From the NCBI GenBank assembly GCA_040005235.1, contig JBDTZG010000039.1, positions 1-51,656 of the forward strand: a stretch of 51,656 bases of DNA. The letters are read 5' to 3'. Position 1 is the stretch's first letter. Each line of letters begins with the position of its first letter. Made by a program: the position numbers and the translations under genes. Shown here in pieces: positions 1 to 7,844 of this stretch. Under the pieces are notes generated by a model that was not told the origin of the DNA, made no database searches, and saw only the letters and a program-made list of their open reading frames with translations. The stretch comes from Acidobacteriota bacterium (lineage in GTDB: Bacteria; Acidobacteriota; Thermoanaerobaculia; Multivoradales; UBA5704).

Positions 1-644
1 CGTTCGAGCCGGGAGGCCAGGGCGTCGAGCGGCCCGCCGAACGCGAAGCGCTCGACATGGCCGTGGAGATGAGGCGAAAAAGGCTCTCGGAACGCCGGCC
101 GCGAGGTCACGGCGAGCGCGCCGAGAGAGAGGCCGTGGTAGCCAGGATCGAAGGCGACGACGCCCGGCTTTCGAGTCGCGGCGAGCGCGGTCTTGAGCGC
201 GATTTCGACCGCCTCCGCGCCGGAGACGGCAAAGAACACCTGGAGGTCGTCGCCGGCGGTTCCGACCGGCGCCCGCTCGGCGAGCCGGCGCGCGAGGTCG
301 AGTCGCGCGGGGTGGGCCGCCACGTCGCCCAGCGCATGGACCAGAAGGGCCGCCTGGGCAGCAACCGCGGCGACGACCTCAGGCCGGCGGTGGCCGATCG
401 AGGCGACGCTGAAACCGGCCGTGAGGTCGACGAAGACGTTGCCGTCGACGTCAAGGACGTTCGAGCCGAGCGCCTCTTCCCAGACCAGGGAAGGCTCCCC
501 GGCGACCACGGTCGAAAGCCCGGGCGCCAGGAAGCGATCGAGTCCGCGGGAAATTTCGCGGGACCGGGGTCCCGGGGGAGGCTCGACGATTCGCGGCGGG
601 AGGTCTCCCCGCGACAGCCTGGGGAAAACCTGGGGCGGAGCCAT
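1..644 (-). CDS. Class III (GABA/ornithine-type) PLP aminotransferase, runs off window edge
   Basis: Not in ORF track. Manual translation from ATG 644: MAPPQVFPRL...WEEALGSNVLDVDGNVFVDLTAGFSVASIGH...SGAEAVEIALK...GYHGLSLG, the class III aminotransferase signatures. Confidence 0.85.
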   Translation of the reverse strand, partial: MAPPQVFPRLSRGDLPPRIVEPPPGPRSREISRGLDRFLAPGLSTVVAGEPSLVWEEALGSNVLDVDGNVFVDLTAGFSVASIGHRRPEVVAAVAAQAALLVHALGDVAAHPARLDLARRLAERAPVGTAGDDLQVFFAVSGAEAVEIALKTALAATRKPGVVAFDPGYHGLSLGALAVTSRPAFREPFSPHLHGHVERFAFGGPLDALASRLE

Positions 645-648
645 TGCC

Positions 649-1233
649 TTAGAGAGCTCGGCGGCCGGAAAGAGAGCGGGCGAGCGTCACCTGGTCGGTG
701 TATTCGATGTCGCCGCCGATCGGCATGCCGAACGCGAGGCGGGTCACCAAGACGCCGCGGCTCTTGAGCAGGCGGGCGAGGTAGAGAGCGGTCGCCTCGC
801 CTTCGACGTTCGGGTTGGTTGCGACGATGACCTCTTCGATGCCGGCGAGGCGGTCGAGCAGGCCGGCGATCGACAACCGGTCGGGACCGATCCCGCGGTG
901 CGGCGAGAGAGCGCCGAGCAGGACGTGGTAGAGACCGCGAAATTCGCCGGTTCGCTCCATCGGGGCGATGTTGAACGGCTCCTCGACGACGCAGATTCGC
1001 GCCCGGTCGCGATCGGCGTCGGTGCAAATCGAGCAGGGCTCGACCGCCGTGATCGCGTTGCACAACGAACAGTGGAACAGCCGCTCCTTGACCTCGACGA
1101 TCGCCCGGGCGAGCGCCTCCGCCTCCGGCTTCGACACCTTGAGAAGGTGATGGGCCAGGCGGGTCGCCGTCTTCGGACCGATCGAAGGAAGGCGAGAGAG
1201 CTCGCCGACGAGGCGGGCGAGGGGATCGGACAT
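649..1233 (-). CDS. recR: Recombination mediator RecR
   Basis: HhH LPSIGPKTA, C4 zinc finger, Toprim ATNPNVEGEATA, YHVLLG; follows ybaB. Confidence 0.97.
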   Translation of the reverse strand: MSDPLARLVGELSRLPSIGPKTATRLAHHLLKVSKPEAEALARAIVEVKERLFHCSLCNAITAVEPCSICTDADRDRARICVVEEPFNIAPMERTGEFRGLYHVLLGALSPHRGIGPDRLSIAGLLDRLAGIEEVIVATNPNVEGEATALYLARLLKSRGVLVTRLAFGMPIGGDIEYTDQVTLARSLSGRRAL

Positions 1234-1254
1234 CGGGCTCCGTAAAAAGAACGC

Positions 1255-1551
1255 CTAGAACAAGCCGGGAAGGCTCGAAGCCATGGACCCGACCTTGGCC
1301 TGCATCGTCTCTTCGATCTTGCGGCCGGCTTCGTTGACCGCGGCGACGATCAGGTCTTCGAGCACGGAGGGATCTTCCGGATCGAGCACTTCCGGATCGA
1401 TCTTGGCCGACACGAGCTGCTTGTGGCCGTTCATCACCACGGTCACCATTCCGCCGCCGACGCTCGACTCGACCGTCGTTTCGCCGAGCTCGCGCTGTAG
1501 ACGCTCCTGCATCTCCTGGGCTTGTTTCATCAATTGACGCATGCTGCTCAT
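1255..1551 (-). CDS. ybaB: YbaB/EbfC nucleoid-associated protein
   Basis: MKQAQEMQ...GGGMVTV...LEDLIVAAVNEA; lies between dnaX and recR. Confidence 0.95.
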   Translation of the reverse strand: MSSMRQLMKQAQEMQERLQRELGETTVESSVGGGMVTVVMNGHKQLVSAKIDPEVLDPEDPSVLEDLIVAAVNEAGRKIEETMQAKVGSMASSLPGLF

Positions 1552-1572
1552 CGTGAAGCTCCTCCCTGGTGT

Positions 1573-3243
1573 CTAGCTTCCCTCGTTCGCTTCGATCTGG
1601 CCGCCGAAGAGCTCGAGGAGAGTTTGGACGGTGGGGTTGTCGACCTGGGCCGGCGGATCGGCTTTTGGCGTCTGGCTCGGCGGTCGGCTCGCGACGGCGG
1701 GCACTCCCTGGACCGCCCGCCAGACGACCTCGGCGCCCCAAATGGCGGCGATGGCCTCTTGCAGTATCTGAGGATTGCTACCGCGATTCAAGCCGTCGCG
1801 GAGTTGGAGATCGCCTTGATCGTAGGTGATCGTCAGCACGTCGTCTTCGATGCCGAGGGTGCCGCGGTCGAGGTGCGACGCGAGCGGCGGCTTGCGCTTG
1901 CGAACCTCGTCGAGGAATCGCTCGAGCGGAGTTCCCTGGGCGGTGCTTGCCGGGATTGCAGCCGGAGCGGGAGCGGAGAGCTTCTGTGCTGGAGGTTCGG
2001 CGACCGGGGCCGCGACCGGCGAGCTCACTGGCGGTGCCGCCGCCGGGAGGGGCGGCGCCGGGGTCGCGGCCCGCGACGCGGAGGGTCCGGCCGGGAATGC
2101 CGTCCGAGGTGCCGGCGGCGGTGCACCGCCCGCGAGAAGCTCTTCTACCCGTAAAAGCTTCGGCAGCTCCGCGGCCCGCAGCCAGGCGATCTCGACGGCG
2201 AGGACGCCGGTTTCGCTGCGCCGAACTACCGGCTCGCTCGCAAGCAGCTGGGAAAGCAGGCGAAGCAGGTTCTCGTAACCGGCCGACTCGGCGAGTTTCG
2301 CCAGGGCCTGCGCCTCCTCCTCGGGAAGGTCGATCGAGGAGGGAGAGCCGCCGAGGGCGAGGTGAAGCGCGTCTCGGCCGAAGGCGAGGAATTGGCTGAA
2401 GACGTTTCGCGCGTCCCACCCTTCGTCCTCGATCCGCCGCGCGGCCTCGCGGATGGCGAGCCGGTCTCCGGCCAGCATCGCCTGGAGCAGACGATGGAAC
2501 AGGGCGGTGTCCAAACCGCCGAGCAGGCGCACTGCGTCGTCGTCGGAGATGGTCCGGTTACCGAAGGTAGCGAGCTGGTCGAGAAGCGCCACGGCGTCGC
2601 GGACGCTCCCCTCGCCGGCCCGGGCGACGAGACGAAGCGCCGCTTCGCTGGCGGAAATCTCCTCCTCGGTGCAGATCTTGCGCAGCAGGGCGGCGACTTC
2701 GAGCGACGGGACGCGGCGAAAGCGAAACTCTTGGCAGCGCGAAAGAATGGTGACCGGAACCGCATCCGCTTCGGTGGTGGCGAAGATGAAGACCAGATGC
2801 GGCGGCGGTTCCTCGACGATCTTGAGCAGGGCGTCGAAAGCCTGGCGCGAGAGACGATGGATCTCGTCCAGCACTACCACCTTGTAGCGGTCGCGCGCCG
2901 GGCCGTAGCGCAGGCTCTCGGTCAGCTCCCGAACCTGCTCCACCTTGGAGTAGGTGGCGGCATCCACTTCGATGACGTCGAGATCGCCGCCGCGGGTGAT
3001 CTCGCGGCAGGGCGTGCAGTCGTTGCACGGGTCGCCGCCGAAGTTCGTCTCGCAGTTGAGAGCCTTGGCGAGAACCCGGGCGGCGGTGGTCTTACCGACG
3101 CCGCGAATCCCGGAGAACAGGTAGGCCTGGGCGATGCGCTTCTCGCGCAGAGCGTTGCGCAGCGCGGTGACGATGGCTTCCTGGCCGACGAGGCTCGAAA
3201 AATCCTGGGGCCGCCATTTGCGCGCGAGGACCTGATAGGCCAT
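1573..3243 (-). CDS. dnaX: DNA polymerase III subunit gamma/tau
   Basis: YQVLARKWRPQ, Walker A GIRGVGKTT, DEIH, SRC motif, Pro/Ala linker. Confidence 0.97.
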   Translation of the reverse strand: MAYQVLARKWRPQDFSSLVGQEAIVTALRNALREKRIAQAYLFSGIRGVGKTTAARVLAKALNCETNFGGDPCNDCTPCREITRGGDLDVIEVDAATYSKVEQVRELTESLRYGPARDRYKVVVLDEIHRLSRQAFDALLKIVEEPPPHLVFIFATTEADAVPVTILSRCQEFRFRRVPSLEVAALLRKICTEEEISASEAALRLVARAGEGSVRDAVALLDQLATFGNRTISDDDAVRLLGGLDTALFHRLLQAMLAGDRLAIREAARRIEDEGWDARNVFSQFLAFGRDALHLALGGSPSSIDLPEEEAQALAKLAESAGYENLLRLLSQLLASEPVVRRSETGVLAVEIAWLRAAELPKLLRVEELLAGGAPPPAPRTAFPAGPSASRAATPAPPLPAAAPPVSSPVAAPVAEPPAQKLSAPAPAAIPASTAQGTPLERFLDEVRKRKPPLASHLDRGTLGIEDDVLTITYDQGDLQLRDGLNRGSNPQILQEAIAAIWGAEVVWRAVQGVPAVASRPPSQTPKADPPAQVDNPTVQTLLELFGGQIEANEGS

Positions 3244-3281
3244 GGCTTGAGTGTCTGGAGGATCGGGTCGAGGCAGAGATT

Positions 3282-3394
3282 GACGAAGGGTTCCGGTTGA
3301 TCTGCGGCACTCGATCGCCCAACCTTATCGCTGCTCCCTTCCGGGCCTGACGAGGTTCGGTGAGGATCAATGCACAGGACCCGAACCCTTCGTC
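3282..3394 (-). ncRNA. ffs: Signal recognition particle 4.5S RNA
   Basis: Minus strand contains TCAGGCCCGGAAGGGAGCAGC (SRP helix 8) inside terminal stem GACGAAGGGTTC...GAACCCTTCGTC; directly upstream of dnaX. Confidence 0.93.
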
Positions 3395-3417
3395 GGTCCC
3401 TGCCGGAAAGAGAGGTG

Positions 3418-3447
3418 ATCCTATGTTCTCAGGCTGGACGCTGTAAA
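3418..3447 (-). promoter_or_regulatory. Putative sigma70 promoter of ffs-dnaX
   Basis: TTTACA-N18-TAGGAT on minus strand, about 23 nt before the ffs stem. Confidence 0.5.
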
Positions 3448-3902
3448 GGCGTGGTAGCGGCGAGGGTAGACCGCCGCCGGTCTTCTTGGCCGCGCTCCGG
3501 CGCGGGACCCACCCGCCGCTCGAAACGCACGGCGAGGCGCATCATTTCGCGCCGCTGCGCCAGGGCAAACTCGCAGAGCCGCCGGTCGGCCGGTTCGAGG
3601 GTCGCCCCTTGAGCGTCTTCCAGACCTTTCAGCCGGAGCGCCACCCGGGATAAATGCTCCTGAAGATGCCGCAGCTCGACCCCTGCGGCCCGAACCTCGG
3701 CGCGGACGACCGACTCGCCGAGGAGTTGCGGATCGGGCGGCGCTCCGGCCGCACTCACGAGCCCTTTGGTGACCCACTCGACGATTCGGAGAATGTGGGG
3801 AATTTGCCGGAGGCGGAGCATCACCGTCTCGCGCAACGGCCAGAGCCGGCTGTGCGCCGCCTTCTCCAGCTTTTCGACGTGCTTTTCGATCTTCTCGTTC
3901 AC
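3429..3902 (-). CDS. Hypothetical helical protein (157 aa)
   Basis: Fills gap, amphipathic helical composition; weak RBS, no recognised motif. Confidence 0.45.
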   Translation of the reverse strand: MNEKIEKHVEKLEKAAHSRLWPLRETVMLRLRQIPHILRIVEWVTKGLVSAAGAPPDPQLLGESVVRAEVRAAGVELRHLQEHLSRVALRLKGLEDAQGATLEPADRRLCEFALAQRREMMRLAVRFERRVGPAPERGQEDRRRSTLAATTPLQRPA

Positions 3903-4117
3903 GACGCCGCACTTTCAGCCCACGCGTTTCTTCGCGCAGCGCGGACCCGCCGCCGTTCGCGAATTAGATGGAGCAACGGGCCGGGTTCGATATAGGCCCG
4001 GCGCAGGATGGCGGCCCAGACGCGCAAGGAAACGTAGCCGCCCGGCGGTAGCGACGCTCCGGCCTCAGTGGCCGAATTGACGATCCGCCCGGCGAGCGCG
4101 GGAAGGCGGTCGGGGCA

Positions 4118-5020
4118 TTGCAAATAGAGGAGGCAACGTTGATCGAACGCACCCCCGGTTTCGCCACCTGGGCGCTGGTCGAAAAGCTGGCCCATCAGAG
4201 CGAAAAGGCTGCTGCGAGGGACGTTGAAGAAGCGCTCGCCCTTGGCGAGCTGGGCGTATGGACCGCCGATCGACTGCCCGACACCGCAGCATTTCAGGCG
4301 GAAGCCAGGGAGTACGCCTGGATCTACATCGGCAACGCCGGTCGCGTGAAGGGCTTGTTCGACGAGGCCTTTGCCGCGTTTGCCCGCGCCAAAGAGGTCG
4401 CTCCGCCGGAGGGGGAGGCGTTCAGCCCCTTCTCCCGTGCCCGCATGCTCGATCGCGAAGCGTCTCTTCACAGGGAGAAGAGGCAGTTTGTCACCGCACT
4501 CGATCTCCAGGACCGGGCTTTCGAAGTGGCACGCCCCGAAGAGCGGGGTTTTCTCTGGCTCAGTCGCGCGCTGCTCTTTCAACAGGACAACAATCCCGAG
4601 GGTGCGATCTCGGCACTCCAGAATGCGTGCGCGGCGTTGGACGAGCGGAGCGAGCCCCGCGACCGGTGGGGGGCGCTGTTCAGCCTCGGGGTGAACCTGG
4701 TCGAGCTCAACCGGGGCGGGGAAGCCGAGGCCCTTCTCCCGCAGATCCGTTCGCTCGCCGAGTTGCGACGGGATTCACTTGACCTCCTGCGCGTACTTTG
4801 GCTCGAAGGTAAGGCTGCACGCGCTCGATTCTCACCCCTTGGAAGACCGCAACGGTTTGGCGCGCGGGATCGAAGCCGCAACCGTTGTTCTGCACGAGCT
4901 GCTTTAGCGCACTGCTGCGTTGCCCGGCCGGATCGATCACGCACCGTTCCGGAGCCCAGAGTTGAGACAGGAATCCGAGCCAACTACCGAAGCGAAGGCT
5001 CACATCTTTTGGCGCGCTAA
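4118..5020 (+). pseudogene. Truncated TPR-like helical-repeat protein (paralog of the 5190-5821 C-terminal domain)
   Basis: FATWALVEKLAHQSEKAAARDVEEALALGELG...AWIYIGNAGRVKG...LDREASLHREKRQF...DLLRVLWLEGK; protein-like sequence is lost after ~4820; upstream in-frame ATG 3968 is interrupted by TAG 4049-4051. Confidence 0.6.
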
Positions 5021-5099
5021 ACACCGCCGAGGGAAGGGTGAGCTGGAGCGCATAGGCGAGCGCCACGGGAATGGCGAGACGGCGAAGAGGTGGCTTCAC
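4707..5099 (-). CDS. Small secreted peptide precursor with CxxDP(xG) repeats; 3' end uncertain/degenerate
   Basis: AAGGAGG RBS 6 nt before GTG; signal peptide MKPPLRRLAIPVALAYALQLTLPSAVFSA, amphipathic WLGFLSQLW, then CVIDPAG and NGCGFDPA. Confidence 0.6.
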   Translation of the reverse strand: MKPPLRRLAIPVALAYALQLTLPSAVFSAPKDVSLRFGSWLGFLSQLWAPERCVIDPAGQRSSALKQLVQNNGCGFDPARQTVAVFQGVRIERVQPYLRAKVRAGGQVNPVATRRANGSAGEGPRLPRPG

Positions 5100-5166
5100 G
5101 GCAATCCTCCTTGGGGATGTCGGCGCACCGGTAGACCCGGCGACCGGAGTGTCGCGGAAAGGAATT

Positions 5167-5180
5167 CCCGTTTAAACGGG
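5167..5180. promoter_or_regulatory. Perfect 14-bp palindrome, putative XRE operator
   Basis: CCCGTTTAAACGGG between the divergent peptide and XRE genes. Confidence 0.55.
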
Positions 5181-5189
5181 TGAAAGGCT

Positions 5190-5821
5190 ATGTCACGCTA
5201 CCCGAAAGGCAAGATACAGCCCGATCCGACGGTTTTGACGCTCCAGGGCGAGCCCGTCACCGAGGCGACGCTGGTGTTGATGCTTCGAGCGTCCCAAGGA
5301 ATGACGCAGGAAGAGTTTGGCCGGGCCGTGAAGATGCACCGGACGCAGATTTCGGCCTACGAAACGGGCGACAAGATCCCTCGCCCCAGCACCCTCGCCG
5401 GATGGCCGCCGCGTTGGGGACGACCGTCAAAGCGGTGGTCGAAGCGGCCGAATCCATTCGGCGACCGGCGGCGAACGGGATCAGCCCGTTGGATTCCGCC
5501 TGTGCCTCGGTGACCGGCGACCGGGTCCGAGAGATCGTGGAAGGCGCGCTCCTCCGGGTCGCCCTGGCCTTACAGCCTCGCGCCCGCTCGGCCGAGGAGC
5601 AACGCGTCGACGCCGAAGAGCTATGGCGCCGACTCTATGACCTCCCCAGGCACCAGCGCCTGGTTCTGGCCGAGCTCTCGCCGCCGTTTTGGAGCCCTGC
5701 GCTGGTCGAGCGGCTGGCCGAAGAAAGCAAGCGGGTGGCGCAGAGCGATCCAGACGAAGCGCACGCTCTCGCCGAGCTGGGCCTCCAAGTGGCAAAGCGG
5801 GCCGGTTCAGCCCACCGCTGA
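5190..5821 (+). pseudogene. XRE-family HTH regulator with helical/TPR-like C-terminus, frameshifted near 5399
   Basis: HTH LRASQGMTQEEFGRAVKMHRTQISAYETGDKIPRPSTLA continues in the -1 frame as RMAAALGTT...AEELWRRL...FWSPALVERLAEES; inserting one base restores a ~210-aa ORF. Confidence 0.75.
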
Positions 5822-6113
5822 TCTGGCCGGGACCACCACTGTTCCGGTCCAGATCACCACTGTTCCGGTCCAGATCACCACTGTTCTGGTCCAGGTCACC
5901 ACTGTTCTGGTCCAGGTCACCACTGTTCCGGTCCAGATCACCACTGTTCCGGTCCAGGTCACCACTGTTCCGGTCCAGGTCACCCCTGTTTTGTTCGGGG
6001 CCACCGCTGTTCCGGTCCAGATCACCACTGTTCTGGCCGGGACCACTGCTGGTCTGGATCACCTCACCGCCGTTCTCGGCGGGACCGCCGCCGTTCTCGT
6101 CCGGAACCGGACC
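5820..6113. repeat. Tandem 21-bp repeat array, ~14 units (consensus GTTCCGGTCCAGATCACCACT)
   Basis: Units start at 5820, 5841, 5862...6093 with exact 21-bp period; core units near-identical, distal units diverged. Confidence 0.95.
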
Positions 6114-6127
6114 GTCCGCGCGCGAGG

Positions 6128-6156
6128 TTTACGTGGCGTGGGACTTCGTCTATCAT
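6128..6156 (+). promoter_or_regulatory. Putative sigma70 promoter for tadA-tRNA-Ser
   Basis: TTTACG-N17-TATCAT. Confidence 0.55.
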
Positions 6157-6176
6157 CCCCCGCTCGTCAGCCGGTT

Positions 6177-6659
6177 GTGGAGGCGCTTTTGGAAGCTCCG
6201 TTCGCCGAAGTGGACAAGGCTTGGATGGAGCTGGCGCTGGCGGAGGCCCGTAGGGCCGAGGCGCTCGGCGAAGTTCCGATCGGCGCGGTGATCGTCCGCG
6301 GCGGCGAGGTGGTGGGGCGTGGTTACAATCGACGAGAGACCGACGGCGATCCTTTGGGCCACGCCGAGATCCTGGCGATTCGCGAGGCGGCAGAGCAGGT
6401 CGGCGGGTGGCGGCTGACGGGATGCACCCTCTACGTCACCCTCGAACCCTGCGCGATGTGCGCGGGGGCTCTGGTCGCGAGCCGCGTCGAGCGGTTGGTT
6501 TTCGGTGCTTCGGACCCGAAAGCCGGTTACTGCGGTAGTCTAGGCAATCTGGTTCAGGACGTTCGCTTGAACCATCGCCTCGAAGTGGTCGACGGCGTGC
6601 TGGGAGAGGAATGCGGGGACGTTCTCCGCCGATTCTTCGCCCGGCTGCGGGGCAAGTAG
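6177..6659 (+). CDS. tadA: tRNA adenosine(34) deaminase TadA
   Basis: GEVPIGAV, HAE, TLEPCAMC, FGASDPKAG; start GTG 6177 or ATG 6225. Confidence 0.93.
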   Translation: MEALLEAPFAEVDKAWMELALAEARRAEALGEVPIGAVIVRGGEVVGRGYNRRETDGDPLGHAEILAIREAAEQVGGWRLTGCTLYVTLEPCAMCAGALVASRVERLVFGASDPKAGYCGSLGNLVQDVRLNHRLEVVDGVLGEECGDVLRRFFARLRGK

Positions 6660-6677
6660 GGTTCTTTAAAAGCCGTG

Positions 6678-6767
6678 GGTGAGGTGTCCGAGTGGCTTAA
6701 GGAGCACGCTTGGAAAGCGTGTGTAGGGGAAACTCTACCGTGGGTTCGAATCCCACCCTCACCGCCA
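6678..6767 (+). tRNA. tRNA-Ser(GGA)
   Basis: Cloverleaf, anticodon arm CACGC-TTGGAAA-GCGTG, long variable arm, GTTCGAATC, encoded CCA. Confidence 0.97.
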
Positions 6768-6780
6768 AAATGTAGTAACT

Positions 6781-6870
6781 GGAGAGGTGCCAGAGCGGTC
6801 GAATGGGACGGTCTCGAAAACCGTTGACCGGGAAATCGGTCCGTGGGTTCGAATCCCACCCTCTCCGCCA
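6781..6870 (+). tRNA. tRNA-Ser(CGA)
   Basis: Anticodon arm ACGGT-CTCGAAA-ACCGT, long variable arm, encoded CCA. Confidence 0.97.
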
Positions 6871-6924
6871 TTCCTTCGCTCTCGACAGGAACGGGTCGCA
6901 GCCGTGGTTGGGTCGTGCCCGCTC

Positions 6925-6953
6925 TTGACGGAGATTGTTTTCTCGTCTAGTTT
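6925..6953 (+). promoter_or_regulatory. Putative sigma70 promoter of rpmH operon
   Basis: TTGACG-N17-TAGTTT. Confidence 0.6.
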
Positions 6954-7063
6954 TACGCCCCTGCCCGGCTCGGCGCCTGCAGGGGTGCCGATAGTGTCCG
7001 TCGTTGTTTCCATCAAAGACGGGCGGCCGAAGTCAAAAAAACTGTCAAGGAAAAAGGTGCAAC

Positions 7064-7198
7064 GTGAAGCGGACGTTTCAGCCCAACAACCGGCGGCGCA
7101 AGCGGACTCACGGATTTCTGGTTCGGATGCGTACCCGGAACGGCCGTGCGGTCATCGGACGTCGTCGCCGGAAGGGTCGTCACCGCCTAGCCGTCTGA
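7064..7198 (+). CDS. rpmH: 50S ribosomal protein L34
   Basis: [44 protein letters not shown]. Confidence 0.98.
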   Translation: MKRTFQPNNRRRKRTHGFLVRMRTRNGRAVIGRRRRKGRHRLAV

Positions 7199-7620
7199 TG
7201 TCGGAAGCACAGGATCCGCCTCGGTCCTTCTCCCCTCTCAATTCTGCTCACGGGGCCTCTCGAAGCGAGAGATTTCGGAGCGAGGATCGTTTGAGGCGAA
7301 GGGCTGATTTCCTGCGCTGCTACCGAACCGGACGTCGACGGACCGGCTCTTTATCGATTTTATACTTCACCCCGAACATCGAAGGTCGGCCACGGCTGGG
7401 GGTAACCGCCAGCCGGAAGGTGGGTAACTCGGTGGTCCGACATCGCCTCAAGAGGCGGATTCGAGAGACGTATCGCCGCTGGCCGGAACGCGGCGGACTT
7501 CCCCCCTTGGATCTCGTGGTACATCTGAAACCGGAAGCCGCCAAGGCAGATCCTCGGACTTTCGTCGAGGATCTGATCCGTCTCTGGCGCGGCGCGATGC
7601 CGCGCGGAGGGTCCCGGTGA
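7198..7620 (+). CDS. rnpA: Ribonuclease P protein component
   Basis: [33 protein letters not shown]; TGATG overlap with rpmH. Confidence 0.95.
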   Translation: MSEAQDPPRSFSPLNSAHGASRSERFRSEDRLRRRADFLRCYRTGRRRTGSLSILYFTPNIEGRPRLGVTASRKVGNSVVRHRLKRRIRETYRRWPERGGLPPLDLVVHLKPEAAKADPRTFVEDLIRLWRGAMPRGGSR

Positions 7621-7823
7621 AGCGCCTGGCGATCGCCGCGCTTAGGTTTTACAAGCGACGGATCTCGCCGTTTCTGCCGCGTTCGTGCCGTTTTACGCCG
7701 ACCTGCTCGGAGTACGCCCAGCTCGCCATTCTGGAGCATGGGCTGGCGCGCGGCGCCTGGCTCGCGGGCGGGCGACTGATGCGGTGTCAACCGTTTCATC
7801 CGGGCGGCATCGATCTGCCCTAA
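7617..7823 (+). CDS. yidD: Membrane protein insertion efficiency factor YidD
   Basis: [11 protein letters not shown]...[11 protein letters not shown]. Confidence 0.96.
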   Translation: MKRLAIAALRFYKRRISPFLPRSCRFTPTCSEYAQLAILEHGLARGAWLAGGRLMRCQPFHPGGIDLP

Positions 7824-7844
7824 CTAAAGCGCAAGAGGCTCCCC

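Noticed and set aside
1573-3243. Programmed frameshift in dnaX producing the gamma subunit
   Set aside because: No A-AAA-AAG heptamer or long A-run seen on the coding strand
3407-3446. Near-perfect SD (AAAGAGAGGTGATCC) followed by the 7-aa ORF MFSGWTL on +
   Set aside because: Coincides with the minus-strand ffs promoter (TAGGAT -10) and no + promoter is evident; likely coincidental
4049-4051. In-frame TAG as recoded stop (pyrrolysine or readthrough)
   Set aside because: No pyl genes in the window, the upstream segment is not protein-family-like, and the locus shows other signs of decay
5820-6113. CRISPR interpretation of either 21-bp array
   Set aside because: Units are contiguous with no unique spacers, and there are no cas genes
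5637-6176. Repeat-containing N-terminal extension of TadA (340-aa ORF)
   Set aside because: The frame is open only because the array lacks stops; a promoter-like sequence at 6128-6156 and normal TadA length argue for a start at 6177 or 6225
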